Below, piece after piece: positions 62,031 through 64,000 of a stretch of 64,000 bases of DNA. The notes under the pieces are model-generated. The model searched no databases. It was not told the DNA's origin and saw only the letters and a program-made list of their open reading frames with translations. Made by a program: the position numbers and the translations under genes. Every line of letters starts with the position of its first letter. The stretch's first letter is position 1. The stretch spans positions 4,340,001 through 4,404,000 of the forward strand of contig NW_026889759.1 in the NCBI RefSeq assembly GCF_033153115.1, given 5' to 3'. Source of the DNA: Saccostrea echinata. Lineage: Eukaryota.

Positions 62031-63355
62031 TTAGCTCACCTTGACGAAGTCAAGATGAGCTTGTGCTATACCACGGACATTGGTGTCCTGGTTAAAGTTA
62101 TAGGAGCAAGTCCATTCCCAAGTAACTATAACCCCTACCATGTACCTGGACCAAATTTGCATAGAAGATGCATCTAGGGATGGGCGCTTTCAGATTTCCT
62201 TTGCATGCTGGATCTGACATACATTTTATGGATGAATGAACAAATTAAGTTTTTGAAGCAAATCCATTTCCAAATGGTTATAAACCTCACCTTTACCCAA
62301 CTTGCAGGGATGACGCATTAAGGGGTGTACACTAGCCGACCTGCTTCAGATGCTGTATCTGACCTACATTCTCCAGATGAGAAACTATTAGCTCTACCTG
62401 GACCAAACTAGCATTCTGTGGAGTCATTAGATTTCTTTGTGGAATTCATGGCTACCCTTCATCCATGAATTTACATCCTCCACAAATTAATATACTGGGG
62501 TTTCAGTCAGATACAAGTGAATACTTGAAATGACATCCCCACGAACCTTTTAAGCAATCCATGAAAGTTGGCCTCCACGAATTATGATGATTCCACAGTA
62601 GATGATGCATTTATGGATGCAAACTATCAGACTTGATTTGGATGCTGGATTTGACCAACATTTTCAGGTTGAATGACCAAATTAAAGTGTAACGAGTGAA
62701 TTCCCAAGGAACTGTAAGCCCTACCTAGATCAAACTTGCATTGATGATGCATATAGTGATGGACACTACCAATCTTTGATGCAGATGCAGAATCTTACCC
62801 ACATTTTGTGGATGAATGAACAGGTTGAAGTTTTCGGAGCAGGTCCATTCCCAAGTAATTATAAGCCTTACCTATACCTACGTTGCAGAGATGATGTATC
62901 TAGGGATATGCACTACTTGATCGGCTTTGGATGCTAGATCTGACGAACATTTTCCAGATGAGTGACTATTAGCAGGACATATACTAAATTACCATGGATG
63001 ATGAATCTAGGGATGGACAGTATTAGACTTGCTTCTCATGCTGGATCTGACCTACATTTTTTGGATGAGTGAACAGGTTCCCAAGTAATTTAAGACCTAC
63101 CTGGACCAAACTTAAGGAGATGATGCATTTAGGGATGCACACTACCAGACTTGCTTCAGATGCTGGATCTGACCTATATTTTCCAGATGAGTGACCAGGT
63201 TAAAGTTTTATGAGCAGGTCCATTCCTAAGTAGCTTACAAGTCCTACTGAAACCAAACTTGCAGATATGCACACTTACATGTACTAGAAAAAATTTAGTG
63301 CGAGATTTGCCTTACTTTGTCAAGGTGATCTTCATAATCCTCTATTAGTTATGTT
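62031..63355 (+). mobile_element. Older HINE of the 146-bp-unit family, interrupted by a MITE (62416-62598)
   Basis: Same 5' box and units as 16352-17858, ending GTCAAGGTGA. The insert is bounded by CTGTGGAGTCAT / ATGATTCCACAG and splits one unit. Confidence 0.8.
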
Positions 63356-64000
63356 TTTAATTGATAAAGGGATAATTATAGGAAAATGCAAAGAATTTTA
63401 AGTCCACTGATTAAAGAATATTATTGATATATAATTGCTTGAATGGTGCTTTGTGACATGTTGACCAATGTATTCTGTAGTAAGGTAGGAATTGTTACAA
63501 ACCTTTATGGATATGGGAAGACTTGGTCAAGGTCAATAGATACTGGGAGACCTGGGTGAACTTGTCTCGTTTTCTTGATTCAAAGAAAATATTACCCATC
63601 AGTATTTTGTCCTTAATGACAGTATATTCTCTCTTTAATACTAAAGGAGTTCAAATACAGATTTCTATCTATTCACTAATACTTTCATGGGTTGGAAAAG
63701 CAACCTTTACATTTCATACAATAAATAGATCTTTTTCTACCTTTGCTGACTATAGAGAATAAGAACGATTTGAGGGAGACAACATTTTACTTTAATTTCA
63801 CTTGAACAATTATCAAGGCCAAAAGATCAAATCTGTATGGCCTTGTCAGTTTTCTAGTTTACTACAATGCTAACCTGCACCAACATATATACCAGGTATG
63901 TATACAGTAAAACATGGTTGTAGTAAACACGCTTATAATGAATTCACACTTACAGCAAAGCATTTCTTTCCCCATGGTTTAGAAATGTATAGTGAACTTA

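Overview
AT-rich, intron-rich animal genomic DNA. The repeat families suggest a bivalve, probably oyster-like; this is an inference. Six multi-exon genes lie on the + strand: (1) the 3' two-thirds of a focal adhesion kinase (FAK/PTK2) gene, 1-10001; (2,3) two divergent tandem COX5B paralogs, 11506-15210 and 19773-24431; (4,5) a tandem pair of unrecognised 14-exon genes, each built from a triplicated three-exon module, 31295-35322 and 41885-45790; (6) RB1CC1/FIP200, from 48857 past the window end. Introns and intergenic DNA hold many Helentron/HINE-type non-autonomous elements carrying 146-170 bp satellite arrays, plus MITEs, tRNA-derived SINEs, and RTE-LINE and Penelope-like remnants, several of them nested. 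Highlights: a 15-copy QT (TQT-type) motif array in FIP200 that looks like a multivalent LC8-binding region; two candidate 30-nt microexons with downstream RBFOX motifs flanking the FAK autophosphorylation exon; the orphan repeat-gene pair with a conserved CRE and a conserved GC-AG intron; and FAK lying about 39 kb from the gene for its binding partner FIP200. Exon boundaries were read by hand from GT/GC-AG signals and reading-frame continuity, with no transcript data.
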